Positions 49,575 to 52,569 of a stretch of DNA of 52,569 bases are shown here, one piece after another. Under the pieces are notes generated by a model. It was given only the letters and a program-made list of their open reading frames with translations. It ran no database searches and was not told where the DNA came from. Each line of letters starts with the position of its first letter. The stretch's first letter is position 1. The translations under genes and the position numbers were made by a program. Where the stretch lies: contig JBEQLE010000022.1 in assembly GCA_040326155.1 (NCBI GenBank), positions 1 to 52,569 of the forward strand, read 5' to 3'. This DNA is from Leptospirales bacterium. GTDB taxonomy: Bacteria > Spirochaetota > Leptospiria > Turneriellales > JAOUFE01.

Positions 49575-49913
49575 TTAAAACAGTAACATATGGTTATTTT
49601 CTTGAACTTCTGTAATTATCTTCTTGCTAACTCTGGTAATATAATTGGCTTTTCGTTTACGCCAATCCAAACTCTTGATTTGATCTGATAGAATTACGCC
49701 TTCAATTTCACCATCTATTTTAACTTCAAATGGGTAGTTTTTAATTTTACTGGTGATTGGACAGAAAAGAGCAAGTCCTGTTTTTTCATTATATTCTTTG
49801 GGGGATAAAACAATGGCAGGCCTTTTTCCTTTTTGTTCATGACCGGTTTGTGGGTCAAAATCTAACCATACGATATCCCCTCGTTGCGGGATATAATTTT
49901 TTATGGCTACCAT
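49575..49913 (-). CDS. mazF: MazF/PemK endoribonuclease toxin
   Basis: RGDIVWLDFDPQTGHEQKGKRPA, CPITS, DQIKSLDW. Confidence 0.96.
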   Translation of the reverse strand: MVAIKNYIPQRGDIVWLDFDPQTGHEQKGKRPAIVLSPKEYNEKTGLALFCPITSKIKNYPFEVKIDGEIEGVILSDQIKSLDWRKRKANYITRVSKKIITEVQENNHMLLF

Positions 49914-50143
49914 TCTTCGTTACCAACGGGGGACCCATTTGGTATTTCCTTATGTATATTTTCAGACGTTATTTTCGCCAATTTATCTTTTAGGCTTTTT
50001 TTTTCATGCGGGAAAATTAATATTTTTCCATCCTCATCTAATATTTCTACATGCGATCCACTTTCCAGGTTTAGGTCTTTGACTATTGAATTAGGTATTC
50101 TTATACCAAGACTATTGCCCCATTTTTGAATTATTGCATCCAT
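49907..50143 (-). CDS. mazE: MazE (AbrB-type) antitoxin
   Basis: KWGNSLGIRIP...ITSENIH..G.E.W; overlaps mazF. Confidence 0.96.
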   Translation of the reverse strand: MDAIIQKWGNSLGIRIPNSIVKDLNLESGSHVEILDEDGKILIFPHEKKSLKDKLAKITSENIHKEIPNGSPVGNEEW

Positions 50144-50169
50144 ATTACAATCCTCCGATGTATAAACAT

Positions 50170-50198
50170 AGTATATACTTTATCTTATACTTTGTCAA
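50170..50198 (-). promoter_or_regulatory. mazEF sigma70 promoter
   Basis: TTGACA (50198-50193), 17 bp, TATACT (50175-50170). Confidence 0.8.
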
Positions 50199-50311
50199 GA
50201 ATAAATATTATTGACATAGGTACTGGTTTATATGGAATTTCCATAGACCATCAGTGATTCCATAATGTCCGGAAAATTGTATATGGATATGTTATGACTA
50301 CGGGGGAATAT

Positions 50312-50956
50312 GTGAATTTAAAATTGTCCGTTATTATTTTGGTTGCGCTTTTTGCTTCTTCGTGCGTAGAAAGAAACGATGTCGACCAGATTGGCCAAGA
50401 AGGCATGGAGCTTTTTAATAATGGTGATGTTCAAGCTGCCTTATTAAAATTTGAGGCGATTCTAGAAATGGATGACACAATTGCCGAGGCACATTTGCGC
50501 AAAGCGGATTGCCTTGATTTAATGAATCGTTATGAGGAAAGCATTGCCAGCTATACCAGAGCAATTGAGTTAGATCCGCTATACAAAGAGGCTTTTTACA
50601 ATAGAGCATTAACGTATACGGGAATTCGGTCGAATAAAAAAGCGATAAATGATTACAAATCGGCAATAAAATCCGACCCTGAAAATACACAAGAGTTAGA
50701 TAGTAAATTTATATACGTGAACCTTGGAGTTTTGTATGGAAAAGAGAAGCAGTTATATAAAGCAATTGAATCGTTCAGCAGGGCAATTGAACTCGATCTT
50801 ATATACACCGATGCGTATTATAATCGAGGCTATGCGCATGAACTCAAAGGTGATCATAAGAAAGCCATTGAAGATTTTAATAAAGCGCTTGAACTAGACC
50901 CTGGAAATCAAGATTTCATAAATGCAATATCACACTCAAAAAGACAAGTGCCATAA
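50312..50956 (+). CDS. TPR-repeat lipoprotein
   Basis: GTG 50312 after GGGGGA; ALFASS-C lipobox; repeated AIELDP/AYYNRG TPR motifs. Confidence 0.88.
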   Translation: MNLKLSVIILVALFASSCVERNDVDQIGQEGMELFNNGDVQAALLKFEAILEMDDTIAEAHLRKADCLDLMNRYEESIASYTRAIELDPLYKEAFYNRALTYTGIRSNKKAINDYKSAIKSDPENTQELDSKFIYVNLGVLYGKEKQLYKAIESFSRAIELDLIYTDAYYNRGYAHELKGDHKKAIEDFNKALELDPGNQDFINAISHSKRQVP

Positions 50957-51097
50957 GTGGCATAACAAAAGAAATTTTTTAACTATATTTAATCTTTGCT
51001 TTGCCCGCTGCCATTGAAATAGTGACTTTCGGATTTACAATTTACGAAAAGAAAAAAAGATAATTTCTGTGTTGAAATATACCTTCAAAAGTATAAA

Positions 51098-52348
51098 ATG
51101 AAAAGCAAGAAACATCGTACCGCAAAAAATGTAACCACGATTTATGTTGTTTTAACTTTGCTGACAACTTTATCGGCGTCATTTATATGGGGTGTAAATA
51201 CACTATTTTTACTGGATGCAGGTCTTAGCAATACGGAAGCATTTACGGCGAATGCTTTTTTTACTGCGGGTATGGTTTTATTTGAAGTTCCTACGGGAGT
51301 GGTCGCAGATACCTGGGGTAGGCGTATGAGCTTTTTAATTGGTACAATTACTTTGCTCTTTAGTACTCTTTTTTATTTGTATTTATGGTATATTCAGGGG
51401 GCTTTTTACTTGTGGGCGATCTCTTCTATGATCATAGGGTTGGGTTTTACTTTCTTTTCCGGTGCTGTTGAAGCCTGGATCGTTGATGCATTACATAACA
51501 AAGGTTTTAAGGGTTCTCTAGAATCTGTTTTTGCCAAAGGGCAAATTGCCAGCGGGTTGGCCATGCTGATCGGTTCTGTTGCAGGCGGAGTTATGGCGCA
51601 ATATACCAACCTTGGCGTCCCATTTATTTTGCGAATGATAATGCTCGTTTTGACCTTTCTGGTTGCCTTTATTTTTATGGAAGACTGGGGATTTACGCCA
51701 AAAAAAGTTTCACAACCTTATAAAGAGATGTCAAAAATATTCAAAGCTTCTATTGAACATGGATGGAAAAATCGCCCTGTTCGCTGGCTTATTCAGGCGG
51801 CTCCTTTTACTTTTGGCATTGGTATCTTCGCTTTTTATGCCATGCAACCTTATTTGTTAGAACTTTATGGAGACGCCAAAGCTTATTCTATTGCCGGTCT
51901 TACGGCGGCTATTGTTGCCGGGGCTCAAATGGTTGGTGGAATAATTGTTCCTTATGTCCGAAAACTGTTTCGCTTGCGCACCACAATTTTAGCAATAAGT
52001 ATTGTAATTAACGCTGTTGTATTGATCTTAATTGGACACACCGATCATTTTTACATTGCCATCGCTCTGTTAATCGTCTGGGGTATGGTTTACTCTTTAG
52101 TCATGCCCGTTCGACAAGCATACTTGAATGAATTGATTCCCTCTGAACAACGAGCAACGGTTTTATCGTTTGATTCCCTTGTGGGCTCTTCCGGCGCGGT
52201 GTTTACCCAACCCGCATTGGGAAAAGCAGCCGATGTTTATAGTTACTCCACGGCCTACTTGATTTCCGGTGCAGTGCAGCTGTTTGCCCTGCCTTTTACT
52301 CTGCTTGCCCGAAAAGAAAAGGCTTCTTCTGATAATATCGTTACGTAA
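51098..52348 (+). CDS. MFS transporter
   Basis: FEVPTGVVADTWGRR motif A, ~12 TMs, IPSEQRATVLS. Confidence 0.93.
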   Translation: MKSKKHRTAKNVTTIYVVLTLLTTLSASFIWGVNTLFLLDAGLSNTEAFTANAFFTAGMVLFEVPTGVVADTWGRRMSFLIGTITLLFSTLFYLYLWYIQGAFYLWAISSMIIGLGFTFFSGAVEAWIVDALHNKGFKGSLESVFAKGQIASGLAMLIGSVAGGVMAQYTNLGVPFILRMIMLVLTFLVAFIFMEDWGFTPKKVSQPYKEMSKIFKASIEHGWKNRPVRWLIQAAPFTFGIGIFAFYAMQPYLLELYGDAKAYSIAGLTAAIVAGAQMVGGIIVPYVRKLFRLRTTILAISIVINAVVLILIGHTDHFYIAIALLIVWGMVYSLVMPVRQAYLNELIPSEQRATVLSFDSLVGSSGAVFTQPALGKAADVYSYSTAYLISGAVQLFALPFTLLARKEKASSDNIVT

Positions 52349-52402
52349 GCCGGGAAGAAATTTGTCACGTTGCCATATGAAATCGGGGGGTAGTGAAAAA
52401 TC

Positions 52403-52440
52403 TTTTTGTAAGTCTGTTTGAATAAACAGACCTACAAAAA
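52403..52440. terminator. Long hairpin, possible bidirectional terminator
   Basis: TTTTTGTAAGTCTGTTT-GAAT-AAACAGACCTACAAAAA, 17-bp arms with one mismatch. Confidence 0.5.
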
Positions 52441-52569
52441 ATTTGGAACGAGGGGGGTCAGATATCTACATGAGGTGGGAAAACTTACCCCCCCTATTGC
52501 AAAAAAGATAGAAAAGTTGTTGAAACTGCATGGAATGAGGCAGAATTGGCGTAGTGCTCAGCCTTTTAA

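Overview
AT-rich bacterial chromosome window with no rRNA, tRNA or CRISPR array. The lineage cannot be fixed from sequence alone. Housekeeping blocks include nif3, clpP-clpX-lon, a DnaC/IstB-like ATPase, an NMO/enoyl-CoA hydratase/thioesterase set, moaCB-mobA, four tandem histidine kinases, an LTA-synthase-like sulfatase, a PadR-ABC exporter unit, yajL, recQ, cvfB, a metallophosphoesterase and an MFS transporter. These alternate with accessory modules. (i) 10.1-16.15 kb: phd-vapC plus a DUF4157 (eCIS-core) protein with a GC-shifted C-terminal Het-C/zinc-phospholipase-C-like domain and an AT-rich candidate immunity gene; the DUF4157 part lies inside a perfect 24-bp direct repeat. (ii) 35.5-41.3 kb: a decaying defence locus with a fused hsdR'/'hsdS-like deletion scar, an intact 1224-aa nuclease-like/STAND-NTPase (Avs-like) gene and a broken higBA. 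(iii) mazEF near 49.6-50.1 kb. The most striking unexplained signal is a dispersed ~80-140 bp non-coding repeat family (CAGGCCGACGAAG...GTAAARG...TGCGRWATKCKACC). Its copies sit at the edges of these TA-bearing modules, twice as inward-facing pairs. Several deletion scars and several apparently leaderless promoters are also visible. All family assignments are by motif recognition; no database search was run.
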